DNA of 63,696 nt, the filler included, from Octopus bimaculoides (lineage: Eukaryota): NCBI RefSeq assembly GCF_001194135.2. It is 5 parts of 5 records of this genome, joined end to end, with 100 filler letters (N's around TTAATTAATTAA, not from the genome) between each part and the next. Parts side by side here need not be neighbours in the genome. Positions count along the whole stretch, not along the records: positions 1 to 30,182 come from NC_068983.1; 4 more parts are not named here. One strand, 5' to 3'. The notes under the pieces are model-generated. The model was not told the DNA's origin. It saw only the letters and a program-made list of their open reading frames with translations, and made no database searches. Below, piece after piece: positions 1-12,037 of this stretch. Position numbers and translations under genes: made by a program. Positions within the stretch are counted from its first letter, which is position 1. Every line of letters starts with the position of its first letter.

Positions 1-464
1 AGATAACATTTTGCAGAAATACGTTTTCGAGAGAGTGTGGATTACATTAAATTGAGAATTCAAAGAAGTTTGCAATGAATAAGTGAAAATGCAGAGGTTA
101 TAGAAGTTAGTGGTAACAAAGTGTGTGGAGAGATAACGAACAATAAATTCATCTACAAAAAAAAAACGTTAGAGTTTTTGCATGTATTAGTGAAACGAAG
201 TGTAATATTAAAACAAAATATCTTTTTCCTACCTAGTATAATCACTGTATATAATGTATATAATAATGCCAGATTGCAGAATAGATTTGAAAAACTAATT
301 TTGCGATTTTTGAGCCGAAAAACTAATTTTGCAATTTTTGGTGCCGAAATGAGTTTCATTTTTGTGTGGGGAGAGAGAGAGTTAGTGAGTGAGTGAGTGG
401 GTGATGAAGTTTACCTAAACTTTGACTGGTGTAACAATATATCAATTATATATATATCATTATA

Positions 465-715
465 TATCATCATCGTTTAACATCTGCTTTCCATGCTGGC
501 ATGGGTAGGACGGTTTGACTGAGGACTGGCAAGCCTGGAGGCTGCTGTCAGACTCCTGTCTGTTCTGGCAAGGTTTCTACAGCTGGATGCCCTTCCTTAC
601 GCCAACCACTCCGACAGTGTAGTGGAAGCTTTTCAAGTGCCACAGGCATCGATCACGCTCGAATGGTACTTTTTTGTGCTGCTAGCACTGACTGAGGCAG
701 ATGCCAGCCAGTGTT
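465..715 (-). mobile_element. 3' UTR/tail fragment of the RTE-type LINE family with (GAT)n tail
   Basis: Starts catcatcgtttaacatctgctttccatgctggcatggg, the same module that precedes RT-coding sequence at 10291 and 22228. Confidence 0.75.
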
Positions 716-1033
716 AGAATGGTGGCAGCTGATGAAGGAAATGTTCTCTTTGTGGCCTGTGTGTTTTCTGTACTCTGTTCCTCATTTTGTCTGTTTTGTT
801 TGCAATGTCATGTACCCAGATATGCATCTATATATACATGTAGATGTAGGTATGTACATACATGTACGTATATATGCATATACTCATTTATTATTTGTAT
901 ATATATATATATATATACCAAAGTAAACACATACATATGAAACAAGGTGGGAAAATAGTACTCGGATACTGGTGGTAGAGTAATATGCTTCATCATTATT
1001 AAAGCTGCTAAAACATCACAAGAATATCAGAAA

Positions 1034-1077
1034 AAACTGCTACTTGGTGTTTCACGTTCCTGTTCATCAGACAGTTT
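1034..1077 (-). ncRNA. Candidate minimal type-I hammerhead ribozyme, family 1
   Basis: Minus strand reads AAACUGU-CUGAUGA-AC(AGGAAC)GU-GAAA-C(ACCAA)G-UA/GCAGUUU: 7-bp stem I, canonical core, short stems II and III, GUA cleavage triplet. Folded by eye. Confidence 0.65.
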
Positions 1078-1289
1078 AGATTGAGAATGGAACAAAATAA
1101 AGTTTGTATGTATAAAATATACAATTTGCATTGACAGATACACTCTTGAAAGTGGTTTCTTTTCATCGGCCCTTTCAACTAACGGTTTTTTCTAATCAAT
1201 GCTGATAGGTTTAAAATCATATGATGTGAAATTGAGCAGTTTTTTTTTTTTCTGATATTTCTTCTGCTTTAATAATAATAAAGTATATA

Positions 1290-1495
1290 TATGTTTGTCC
1301 ACCACCATCGCGTGACAACCAATGTTGGTGTGTTTACGTCCCAGTAACATAGCTCTTCGGCAAAAGATACCTATAGAATATGTACTAGGGTTACAAAGAA
1401 TAAGTCCTGGGGTTGATTTCTTCGACCAAAACCCTTTAAGGCAGTGCTCTGGCGTGGCTGCAGTCCAATGACTGAAACAAGTAACAGAATAACAT
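1290..1495 (+). mobile_element. 3' half of tRNA-derived SINE family A
   Basis: gtgtttacgtcccagtaac...aagaataagtcctggggttgat...gcagtccaatgactgaaacaagtaa, shared with the copies at 25083 and 42912. Confidence 0.75.
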
Positions 1496-1595
1496 TTCAA
1501 GATAATCCTAAAAAGATGGCATGATTATGGCAAGGCTACTTCATCATCATCATCATCATCATCGTCGTCATCATTCAATGTCCAGTGTCCATGCT

Positions 1596-2542
1596 GTTTA
1601 GACACTGAACTCTGGCTAGAAATGAACGGTACAGTCCAGATCCTTCACCCTCATTATGCCAAACTCATGGCCTCTAAGTACCTTGTTCACAAGAACACAG
1701 CGATTGCAGACAATGCCAAGTTCAACATTCTGATAGCTGGCTTGGTGAGAGTGATGAGGAATGTGTCTCGCATGTGTGTCCTTATGGAATTGGAAAGACA
1801 CACACAACACTTCATCCACCACTGGCTACAACCAAAGGGACACAATTAAAGTGTGTAAAGGAGCCAGGAGTAAGTTCAAAGCCATCATAAAGAGTGATGC
1901 TAAAGCGATCAGCCTGCTGTACAGGAGTAAATCTTGGAACAGTATGGAAAGGACCAGTAATAAGATAAATAAGGTCAACACTTGATATGAAAACAAAATA
2001 TACCAGAGTGTCATGTATATAGTGAACTAGCACACCTTTTTAGAAAAATATTAAGTAAGGCTAATCTACGAATTAAAGTAGTGGAGGGGCCTGATGCCCC
2101 TTTAAAATCCTTGCTCTGCAATACCTATTCCTTTGATAAGTCCCCCTGTACGGAGTACAATTGTGTTGTATGTAGGATGAACCCACAGGTTAACTGTAAG
2201 GTTAGGAGTGTAGTGTATAGCTTATGATGTACTGAGGGACGGTGCAGAAACATGACAACTACCTGCATTGGTGAGACTGCATGCAGCATATGAGAGCGTA
2301 TAGGTGAACATTGGCGAGAGCTCAAAGAAGGGAAAAACTTATCAGTGCTCTACCCACATGCTTAGGCAGAACATGGAAGCTCGATTGATAGCATAGAGGT
2401 TAAAATACTATCAACACATAGAACTGACATGAAACTTAGACAGATTACAGAGGCTACACACATAACAGTAGACAGACCGAATCTCAATACAAAACACGAA
2501 TGGAACAGTAACATCCACCACCACAACACACCACATGACTAA
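1596..2542 (+). mobile_element. Decayed Penelope-like retroelement: RT thumb region plus C-terminal GIY-YIG endonuclease
   Basis: HYAKLMASKYLVHKNTAIADNAKFNILIAGLVRVMRNVSR is PLE RT-thumb-like. Then, in one frame from 2042: RIKVVEGP...C-x4-C-xx-C...NCKVRSVVYSL*C...CIGETACSI*ERIGEH...SVLYPH...H...RQITEATHI...LNTKHEWN, ending at TAA 2540-2542. Three in-frame stops. Confidence 0.85.
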
Positions 2543-2970
2543 AGACAGCAGTGATGAGATGTGAGAGGAGGAAAAAAAAACGTAAATAATACACAAAAAC
2601 ACAAACGGTAATACACACAGTATTTCAACTGGCCATATCCAGTCGAAATATTCTATCTGTCTTATGTTCAAGCTATCAAGATCTGGCCTCTTACACCTAT
2701 CCTACAATGTCATTGTAAAAATATGCAATCACATCATCAAAATCTCAAAGCTATAAGATAATGCATAATTAATTTAAAATGATGTGAATAAATAATTATT
2801 GCATATAACAGAATAATCTGAATGCTAAAGGTTTAGGCTGGAACCTCTGCAAATTTCTGTAACAAAGTGGGTTCACTTGTCTTTTTGAATAGAATGCCAA
2901 TCTGTTTCAGAGATTCCGTTAGCAGGATTTGAACTTTTGGCTGTCAGACTGCTTCTTCAATCATCTTGAC

Positions 2971-3205
2971 CAGTGGTTCTCAACTGGGGATCATATAAGA
3001 TTTTATTGTTAAAATTTGTCTGCAGTAAATTGGTTATACTTCTACTTTACGCAGAATATTTTAACAATTTCTTTCATGCAATTCCAAATGATATTTAATT
3101 ATAAAAATATAACAGGATTTTTAAAATATTGAGTGGCTATTAGGGTCCATCTGAGTAAAATAGAAATCGAAGGGTCTGCAGGTAAAAAATGGTTGAGAAA
3201 CACTG
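2971..3205. mobile_element. hAT (Charlie-like) MITE
   Basis: TIRs CAGTGGTTCTCAAC ... GTTGAGAAACACTG; 8-bp flanking duplication ATCTTGAC / ATCTAGAC (7/8 match, fits NTCTAGAN). Confidence 0.85.
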
Positions 3206-3290
3206 ATCTAGACATTAGAGTTACTTCTGTCTAGGTAATCCAAAACATTGATTGTGAGAATATGCAAAGTTATGATAATCTTGTGGGTAT

Positions 3291-3516
3291 CTAACCCTTA
3301 GTATTCAATTACTTTATCAAATGTAATGCTTATTTATTCACTTTGTTTTGAATTAATCATAAATTATCTTGTAACTTAGAGATTTCAATAAGATGACAGG
3401 TTATTTTTAGAATGACTTTATACAATGGGTGTGAGAGGCCAGATCTGCTAGTTTGAACATAAAGCAGCTTGAATATTTTTGGCCGGATATAGCTGGTTTA
3501 AATGCTACAGGGTTAA
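3291..3516. mobile_element. piggyBac-type MITE, copy 1
   Basis: (C)TAA-CCCTTAGTATT ... AATGCTACAGGG-TTAA; CCCT ends with TTAA target; homologous to 9458 and 15030. Confidence 0.75.
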
Positions 3517-5499
3517 ACTACATACTTCAATCTTTCAGCCAGCAAATATGAATGGACAATTCAAATATTAAGATACTGTAACAGATGCACTCATCATAAT
3601 ACATGATATCTTTCTTGAGGATATTTCACTCTTATATTTTCTTGGTAATGTTTGACAAATTTAAAGTGTTGATTCAGTGTTGTTTTTTTATTAAATACAA
3701 GCAATATAAAATGTTAAATCTCAGTGAGTGGTTGGACAAGTTTAGCAACTATAAGTTTTATACAGCATTTCTATGTGTTTATTTTTGTTTGTATTATGAA
3801 GCAAGACTATCTCGTAAACTTGAGATATTTTTTTAACAAAGATATAAAGTGCAGGTAGAAGGCTTACATGTTTCTTAAGGTGACAAGATAGCGTATTAAA
3901 TTTCTTACATAAAGCTGACACATGTTTAAAGTTGGGAAATTCCTTGTTATGGGTTTATGATGAAAATATTTAAGATAAGAAAAAAATAAGTACTGGAGTC
4001 GGTTCATTTGACTAAAATTTCTTCAAGGCAGTGCTCCTGCATGGCCACAATCCTGAAACGATAAAAGATTGTTTCAACTGTTTGGTTAATCAATCAGTGG
4101 ATGGAATGATAAGGGTAGATTTATACAGCAATGATCCATTTACTTTGTTCAAACAGATTCATTTGATTGTAACTGTAGTAAAATCAATCTGTATGCAATG
4201 TATCTCCTTTGTAAGAAATCATGCTAATATTATTGTAAGAAGGATGTGTGACTACAACGAATGTGTTTAGTTTGATATTCTTTAGAGAGGCTGGTTGTTC
4301 TTATTGCTGGTTAGCCCCAGTCCAACTATGATCAAACAGTCCTATAATCTAAGGCACTCCAGCTTAGCTTTTTAGAGGTGTGTAAAATTACATTACTTAA
4401 TGTCTCCTGTGTTTATATAAAATTGTAGGGTGTAATATGAACAAGACTTGACTGCTATTTCTAGCAGGTCAAGTGACATATAGAAGCTTCCTCATCGGCT
4501 TTGTGTCCTAAAGCCTAATAACCTTAATATGTGGACAGTTTAACTGAGAGAATTATCTGAAATTGTAAGTATAGATAAATGAAAATGAAAATAGTCCTCA
4601 TTCTAAATTTAGATCATAAGGTTTGTATGATAAAACCATTGGAGAAGGTTGTGATTTTTGACAAACAAAACTTTTATTCTTTTCTTACACAAAGAAACAA
4701 ATACTACTGTTACTACAAATGATAAAATGTTGAGTGAGTTCGAATGTTATTGTTCTTGGTGTAATTGTAGTAGTAGTCAAAAAGTTAGATACTGGTCATT
4801 GTGTTGCTGTCACCAATTGTTCAATGTAGTTGTTGTCAGCAGCTGCCCATGTTTGCTTGCTGTCTCATTTCTGCTGTCTCACAATGCTTTCTCTGGTATA
4901 TCCCAAAGCTCTCTGTCAAGTAGTCAAGGTGTGCTGAATTTATACTGATGGTTTGGCTCAGAAGGAAGCATGCCAAAAGATGAAATTGTTACTGGAGCCT
5001 AATCAACACAAAGTCGTGGTTGGTTAGATTTTGTTGATCATGTGGGTAATATTCTAGTGAATTGCAACATCTGGTGTAATGATCTGACTGCTGAATATTC
5101 CTGTTGCAGGTTGATTGAGATAACTGATCATAGCTGGAAAGATTCCCTGTTTAGGGAGGCCTAAAATAGTGTGGATATATTGTTCTTTCTCACAATTACA
5201 AAAGCAAATTTTTGATTATTATTGATCGGATTATGGAATGGAGAAAATAGCTATGTATCAAACTAAAATATCTTACAAAATATATTTCTGTTCTAACATT
5301 TTGACTGCAAATTCTACTAGGTTCAGTTTAACTTTTCAAGCCCTCATGGTTGATAAAATGCATACCAAATTTCTTTTTAGGCGTCATTTCAGTTGACTAT
5401 ACTCTTCTTTCATATATATCTTTGTGATAATATGAGAAATGAATAATACATTTTTATGTATACTCATACATAACATGATTTATATCAAAAAACTAAATA

Positions 5500-6767
5500 T
5501 TGGGTCATCCCATAAATAATGCTGCTTTTTCAATTGCATAAACTAAAAGTCAGAGGAGGACGGGATAAACTACCTGCATCAACTTGCTATAAAAGCTGGA
5601 AGTAATTTTACTTTGTTCTTAATCTTAGTGCAAGTCTTGAAAAGTGCAGTTCGATTTTAACAATTATTTTTTCAAAGCCATAATGGAAGTGACAAAGGAG
5701 CATATTTGGCATATTTTGCTTTATGAGTTCAATAAAGGCAACAATGCAACGGAAATATTAATGCAGTATATGAGGATCAGACAATAAGCATAAGCCAGTG
5801 TCAATGGTGGTTCCAGAAATTCCAAGCTGGAAACTACAGCCTAGAATACGAGCATTGTCCTGGAAGATCTGTAGAGCTTGACAAGGACATCCTGCAAACC
5901 CTGATGGAAGAAAATCCCTTCATAACTGTTGGGGAACTAGCAGAGAAGCTTGGATTTGGTCATTCAACCATTCATTGACACTTGCATGCCATCAAAAAAG
6001 CCAGCAAATTGGGTTCCTCACAAACTTTATGAGTCTAATCACGTGCAGAGAGTGAACATGCGCTCTTCTTTGCTATCACGTTTCATGAATAAACCATTTT
6101 AGGACTGAATAATGACTGGTGACGAGAAATGGGTTCTCTGTAAAAATGTCAAGTGCCGAAGACATTGGGTAGGGAAAGGAGAAACACCGGCACCCCAGGC
6201 TAAAGAAGGTCTTCACCCACATAAGGTGTTCCTATCTGTTTGGTGAGATATGAAAGGTTTAGTCTACTTGGAACTTTTAAACCCAAACCAAACAATAACA
6301 AGGGAGATCTACTGCAAGCAGCTTGAGTGGCTTAAATCAGCGCTAGAAGAAAAACGACCATCTTTGGTTTCAAGACGAAAGGGGATCTTCCATCAGGATG
6401 ATGCTTGACTACATACAGTGAAGATGACATTCCAAAGGCTGGAGCAGTTTGAATGGGAAACAATGCCCCACCCACTATATTCGCCGACATTGTTCCATCT
6501 GATTATCACTTATTTCACAGTCTTCAAAATCATTTGGACGGAAAAAATATGAATTCTGTAGATGAGGTCAGAACAGTACTGGAGGAGAATTTTTCATCAC
6601 GGACTAGTGAATTTTGGAAGTGGATCCTTGCAAGTCTACCAGATAGATGGAAGAGCATTGCAGAAAATGAAAGAGTGTATATTTTAGATTAAAAAAGAAC
6701 TTTGTTTATCTTAATTCTGAAAAATAAAAGAAATATAAAAATCCACAGTATTTATGGGATGACCCAA
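5500..6767 (+). mobile_element. Full-length decayed mariner transposon (DD34D); transposase pseudogene about 5683-6692
   Basis: 19-bp perfect TIR TTGGGTCATCCCATAAATA and TA on both sides; 1268 bp. Peptide MEVTKEHIWHILLYEFNKGNNATE...GDEKW...HQDDA...PSDYHLFHSLQNHL...RWKSIAENERVYILD, with stops and frameshifts. Confidence 0.95.
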
Positions 6768-8379
6768 TACATGTCCAGTTGCTTAATTACTCTCTCACTT
6801 TCTCTGTCTGTCTGTCGTTCCCCCTTTTCTCTATCCCTCAGAAATGTGTATATTGCAGTGTTTCTACTATTACTCCAAACAGGTGTTTTCTTTTGAGTTT
6901 GTAAACTATTTCCTATCATAAGTTATAAAGGCACAACACACCCAACTCCTTGTCTCTTCATGTAATGTTCTTTCTCTCAGCCCTTAAGCCTTTCAACTAA
7001 CATTCTATCTTTTCTTTTTTTTTTCTTCTTGAGAACTACCTCTCAATAACATTTTCATCTCTTCTCTGTACCAAATACAGAAATCTAATTAGGTCACTTT
7101 AAGACAAGAAATTTGTATCGTAGAACCAGGGAGGTTGTTATAAAAAGGGTTAAATAGGAGGGTAGTTAGTGTCCATTTCCAGTTAGGGGAATATATAACA
7201 ATAGTAGGACTTAAAATATATTCTTAAGATAGTGAATGTATCTTATCGTGAAGATAGCTTGCTTCCTTTGTATTCATGATTTCTCAGCCAGGTTTAGGAG
7301 TTCTATGGTCGTTGAGGATTCTACTGTTTCCTAAATAATCTGAAAGTGAATTACTATTTACTTCAGGACATTAGTATTTTTGAAATAACTGTTGGCCTAC
7401 ATATAATGTCTGTGATCATAATTTTAATTGGCCTCCTATCTAACATGTAATTACCTTTCAGCTGCATTTATTAACCACAAGACTTTCTTCCTTCTTGTAA
7501 ATTTACTTTTAAATAGTCAGTCTATTATAGCAACAAATTCATGTATTTTTTTCACAGGCACCAATGCCTTGTCTTTTGTTTGTGTACAGCTTACCATTTG
7601 TTCTTTCATCTAAACCATTTATTTCGCATGTTCCAGTTTTCATGTATCGCTGTTCAAATTCCTTTCTCTTTCCAGTTGGACCACAACTGTAGTGCTGGTG
7701 CCAACATAACATACTACAACTTTGATTTAATTTTTTCATTTTATTTTGCATTGGGTGAATGGGGGTAGGCCTTACACAACACCTGATTTATCACAATCAC
7801 CTTGAATTAACAAGGGACTGTAGTAGAAGACACTTGCCCAAGGTGCCATGCAGTGAGACTGAACTTGGAACCATGTGGCTAGGAAGGAAGCATCTTACCA
7901 CACAGCCACAACTGTGCCTATATAGGTGTTTTTTGTGGGGGGTTTTCTGATATGGTTTAGTCAGAAGAGGAAGGGCTGCACCTATGATATTTGCAAGGCC
8001 TCCAAGACTAGGACAAAGAAGGAAGAAACTATTACTGATTGGATTTGCTGCAATAGCAAGCAGGGCATCAGTATATCAAGCTATCCTCAGGTAGGAGACA
8101 TGGTTATGATTTTTAGAACAGAGGAGACTTGATCTAACACACTTGTGGATAACATTAAACCCGAGACAAATTAAAGGTACAGTTACTCTAACATGCTTCT
8201 TCATAGTTTTTGTCTACCTATTTTCACTCAGTAGGCTTGGGTCAAACCAAGGCTCTGGTAGAAGACATAGAATATACCATGTAGTTCAATTGAACTTTTT
8301 AACCATAGAACTATTCCTGTAACCATATTTGCAATATACTGGCGTTGCATCCAAGGGAAAATTTATTATATTCATAGGC

Positions 8380-8600
8380 ACAGGCATGGCTGTGTGATGA
8401 AGAAGTTTGCTTCAGAATCATGTGATTATGGTTTGGTCTTATTGCATGGACATTATTGGCTAACATAATATACCATAGCCACAGGTTGGCCAATACCCAG
8501 TACATCAAATTGCTTGATAAAAACTGAAGAAGCCCATTGTATGTATATTTTTGTGTGTGGGTGTGTGCTTTTGTATTTCCTCTTCATTGTCGTGTGTTCT
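8380..8600 (+). mobile_element. Degenerate SINE family A head; inverted partial copies at about 7815-7920, 8190-8290 and 8845-8990
   Basis: ggcatggctgtgtgatgaagaagtttgcttc...aaaactgaagaagcccattgtat resembles the intact head at 42912. Confidence 0.6.
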
Positions 8601-9457
8601 CTATGCATCCGTTTTCTTAATGGTTATGTTGTTTGCTTGCAATTCTCTGCATAATTATGTCTAAACTGTTTGTTGTTTGATAGACTGAGCACAGCCAGTG
8701 TTTTCCAAGAAGAAAGAAAATGAGAAAGACAGAGAGAAAATTCAATCACCAGTACTAGACTGGTATTTTGTCAGTTGTAAAGTGGTGAGGGTGGGGGAAA
8801 AAACACAAGCACAAAGCCAAACACACACACACACAGGGGCTTCTTTCAGTTTTTAGTTACTAAATGCACTCACAAGACTTAGGTCTACTCGAAGTTATAG
8901 TTGAAGACACTTGCCCAATTTGCCATGTGGTGGGACAGAACCTTAAACCACGTGGCTGGGAAGTAAACGTCTTACCACACAGTCATGCCTGCATCCATGG
9001 CAAAGATTATTTGTTAAAGTTTAGTTTGTATTTCACTGGGACTGAGAATACTGACATTTTGAGCAAGTACTTTATTGGAGAGAGAAGTCTTTTCTTTCAT
9101 CTCCATTGAAGAGCTTTGATTGAAATATCAGTATTTGTCTTTCCTTGGTAAATAGACTTAACCAAATAAGCAAACTTTATCAAAATAAGAATATAAATTT
9201 GCATTTGTAATTCAGTTTTTGATAGTTTATTGTCATGTACTTTACACTGAAGTATTTTTGAAAGTTCAGTTTAGTTATCTGGAGCACATATTCACATAAA
9301 CTAGAAGCTTCATTGCACACTGAAGCATATAAACTGCATGTATACAATGACTCACTAGACCTCACAAAGCTTTTATCCTCTACCTAACTTTATCATTTAT
9401 TTACCAACTTCTGATTGTAGAATTATACCAAAAGCTTTGTCTAAGTTAATGAATGCA

Positions 9458-9681
9458 TTAATCCTTTAACATTTAGATTACTCTATCATGTGTAATTCTT
9501 ATTTACTCACATTGTTTTGAATTAATCATGTATTATATCATAACTCTGATATTTTGATGATGTGTTTATTTTTAGAATGACATTATAGGGTAGGTGTGAG
9601 AAGCTAGATCTGGCCAATGTGAACATAGGACAGGTGGAATATTTGGGTTGAATATAGCCTGTTTAAATATTAAAGGGTTAT
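9458..9681. mobile_element. piggyBac-type MITE, copy 2
   Basis: TTAA-TCCTTTAACATT ... ATATTAAAGGG-TTAT; homologous to 3291-3516. Confidence 0.7.
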
Positions 9682-10040
9682 AGGGGTCCTACCAATTTAT
9701 AGTTGTTGTTTATCTCAAGATCAAACCTGATTGAGCAGGTCTATGATCAAAGGGAGATTTGATTGCCATTTGTAGTAGTTCTAGTGCTCATGTCTTACCG
9801 AGATTATGCTATCTGTAGTTTTCCTTCAATAGTAGTTTCACCATTAATCTCTATAATCTTTGTGCTCAATTGTTAGCTGAAGTCTGTTTCCGATTCATTA
9901 TAATTGATTGCACTGTTATATGTACATACTATATATGTGTGTGTGTGTGTGCATATATATATATATATAAGCAATCAATGCACACACACATGTATACATA
10001 CACACATACATACAGATAGACATATATAATATATACATAC

Positions 10041-10071
<31 letters not shown>

Positions 10072-10290
10072 AACATACTTATATTTGCATATAAGTACAT
10101 ACATAAACATACGTATGCACATATATACACATGTACATATGCATGCATGCACATATATACATTCAAATACAAACACCTATTTACACACATGCTCATGCTC
10201 CTACAATATATATGCTCTTACATATTCACTTACACCTGGTTGCATATACGCACACAACATATATACACATGTACACATATGCACACATAT

Positions 10291-11760
10291 ATCATCATCA
10301 TCATCGTCGTCGTTTAACATCCGCTTTCCATGCTAGCATGGGTTGCACGATTTGACAGAACTGGTGGACCAGGAGGCGACACCAGGCTCCAATCTGATTT
10401 GGCAGAGTTTCTACAGCTGGATGCCCTTCCTAACGCCAACCACTCCGAGAGTGTAGTGGGTGTTTTATGTGCCACCGGCATGAGGGCCAGTCAGGCGGTA
10501 CTGGCGACGGCCTGGCTCGAAATGGTGTATTTTACGTGCCACCTGCACAGGAGCCAGTCCATCGGCACTGAAATCGATCTCACTCCAATGTCTTTTCATG
10601 TCCCACTGGCACAAGTGCCAAGGAGGCGACGTTGGTAACGATCAATGGCCACGCTCGAAATGGTGTATTTTGTGTGTCACCTGCATACGGGCCAGCCCAT
10701 CGGCACTGGCAACGACCTTGCTCGAATGTCTTTTCATGTGCCACGAGCACAAGTGCCAGGAAGGCGACGAACAATCTTGTTCGAATGTCTTTTCACGTGC
10801 CACTGACACAAGTGCCAGGAAGGCGACATTGGTAACGATCACGCTGGTGCTATTTACGTGCCACACTGGTACAAGTGCCATCTCGATTTCGCTTTCGCTT
10901 GCCCCAACAGGTCTTCGCAAGCCGAGTTTAGTGTTCCTACAAATTTAGTTCGATTCCGATTTCACTTGCCTCACCATGTCTTCGCAAGCGGAGTTTAGTG
11001 TCCAATGAAGGAATGTTACACGTAAGTGGGCTGGCTACATCCCTGGCAGAGGCCTTGGATTTTGGTCTCACTTGGCTTGCCGTGTCTTCTCANNNNNNNN
11101 NNCCTGGGCCTGCCTCTTCCACGAGTTCCCTCAACCGCTAGGGTGTGGCACTTTTTCACACAGCTATCCTCATCCATTCTCGCCACATGACCATACCAGC
11201 GCAATCGTCTCTCTTGCACACCACAACTGATGCTTCTAATGTTCAGCTTTTCTCTCAAGATACTTACACTCTGTCTAGTATGCACACTGACATTACTCAT
11301 CCATCGGAGCATACTGGCTTCATTCCTTGCTATTCTTATTCTAGCAGCTACACTTTCAGTGCACCCACCCCCACTACTAACTTGGTCACCCAGATATCAG
11401 AAGCTATCAACTACCTCTAGATTTTTCTCCCTGGAATGAGACAGAAGTTGTTTCCTGCATATTTACAGTGTTTATTGCACCTGAACACCTGCCACATACA
11501 AAAACTAACTTCCTAGTTAACCTGCCTTTGATATTGCTGCACCTCTTATGTGTCCATAGCTTGCACAGGGTACATCTTATAGAGTTTCTACCTACACCTT
11601 TTCTACAGATTGAGCAGGGCCATCTACCTGAAGGGTTTTGTGTTTTATCTACCTTCCTACTTATTAGGACTTTGGTTTTAGCTAGTTTGACTCTAAGGCC
11701 CTTCGATTCTAGTCCCTGCTTCCACACTTGAAACTTCTCCTCTAGTTCTGATAGTGACTC
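10291..11760 (-). mobile_element. 5'-truncated RTE-type LINE with (GAT)n tail, long 3' UTR and ORF C-terminus including a C4HC3 finger
   Basis: Minus-strand peptides ESLSELEEKFQVWKQGLESKGLRVKLAKTKVL... and MLRWMSNVSVH...QERRLRWYGHVARMDEDSCVKK...GRGRPR; (CAT)n at 10291. Confidence 0.9.
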
Positions 11761-12037
11761 AACATATATATTTATAAATAAATACATGAACATAGACACT
11801 CCTATGCATGCATGCAAACACAAATATAAATTTTCATGCATTTATGTAAAAACTTTATACTCAACCCATACAAAGAAATGCAGATATAATCCTGCATACA
11901 AATCCACACAAGTATGCACATACACTATTATGTGTGTTAAGCTAAATTCCTTGAAATACTTGCATACTACTTATCATAACAGTGTATAGATAGCTACTGC
12001 CTTTATAAATGTATATACAAATACAAGGAGGGTCTAT

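Noticed and set aside
726-760. CTGATGAAGGAAATGTTCT as another hammerhead
   Set aside because: No GAAA after the putative stem II and no stem I partner.
2220-2370. In-frame TGA codons in the Penelope GIY-YIG region as possible selenocysteine, as reported for some Naiad PLEs
   Set aside because: The TGAs are not at Cys ligand positions and are best explained by CGA-to-TGA decay. A TAG also interrupts the frame, and the endonuclease here is C-terminal.
4031-4270. ORF containing 'IRVDLYSN' as the missing ATG2 first exon
   Set aside because: No RACRYLL/HYLG-like motif or suitable splice donor, and its 5' part lies in a SINE tail; likely chance similarity.
10560-10870. CRISPR-like repeat-spacer array (also considered for 36117-36540)
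   Set aside because: Eukaryotic context; the intervening sequences are homologous rather than unique; the units derive from a LINE 3' UTR; no cas genes.
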